DNA from: Marsupella aquatica
Taxonomy: Eukaryota > Plantae > Marchantiophyta
NCBI GenBank assembly: GCA_973895155.1
Contig: OZ316898.1
Span: forward strand, 8,977,079 to 9,041,078
DNA: 64,000 nucleotides
Direction of reading: 5' to 3'
The notes below the pieces were generated by a model. The model was not told the origin of the DNA. It saw only the letters and a program-made list of their open reading frames with translations, and ran no database searches. Both the position numbers and the translations under genes were made by a program. Shown here one piece after another: positions 63,784-64,000 of this stretch (positions are counted from its first letter, which is position 1; every line of letters starts with the position of its first letter).

Positions 63784-64000
63784 CTTGGGGGTCGCACTGT
63801 CACCTGCATCATTTGTAAGCCTGAGACCCCCTAAAATGTAAGAAAATTCTATTTGTTTATCCCTATAAGGTGGAATATTCTAAAAAATTGTTAAAACCCA
63901 TGACAATGTTATTACAAGACTCAAAATTGGATTCAAAAGAACCTAATGTTCTTCCACAAAAATTTCCAAGTCTTCCCTAAATTTAGAACCAATAAAATGA
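63784..64000. mobile_element. Second member of the 58521-58816 MITE family, truncated by the window end
   Basis: Starts CTTGGGGGTCGCACT and shares CCCCCTAAAATG, GGAATATTCT, CTCAAAATTGGATT and GAACCAATAAAATGA in the same order. Confidence 0.75.

Overview
Nuclear DNA of a land plant, probably a bryophyte-grade lineage (inferred from GT-AG introns, a plant cytosolic tRNA, telo-boxes and gene content). Recognisable genes: intronless Ycf36/CGLD27 (+) followed closely by an intronless cyanobacterial/plastid-type TilS (+); a 19-exon RRP12 (-) divergent from RPL3 (+); a mitochondrial porin VDAC (+); tRNA-Glu(CUC) (-); and two tandem LHT amino-acid transporters (-). Intergenic DNA holds a decayed PIF/Harbinger element with nested insertions, a MULE relic, several MITEs, a tRNA-derived SINE-like element and many local tandem repeats. 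Main findings not visible in the ORF track: (1) a multi-exon coiled-coil gene on the minus strand (~41778-36672) whose 33-nt micro-exon has been tandemly quadruplicated with its splice sites, and which hosts the tRNA gene in an intron; (2) an exact duplicate of the RPL3 intron-1 acceptor 105 nt upstream that leads to a premature stop, a candidate AS-NMD autoregulation switch; (3) the tightly linked intronless ycf36-tilS pair, a candidate bicistronic locus and endosymbiotic gene transfer. All exon coordinates were read by eye and need RNA-seq confirmation.
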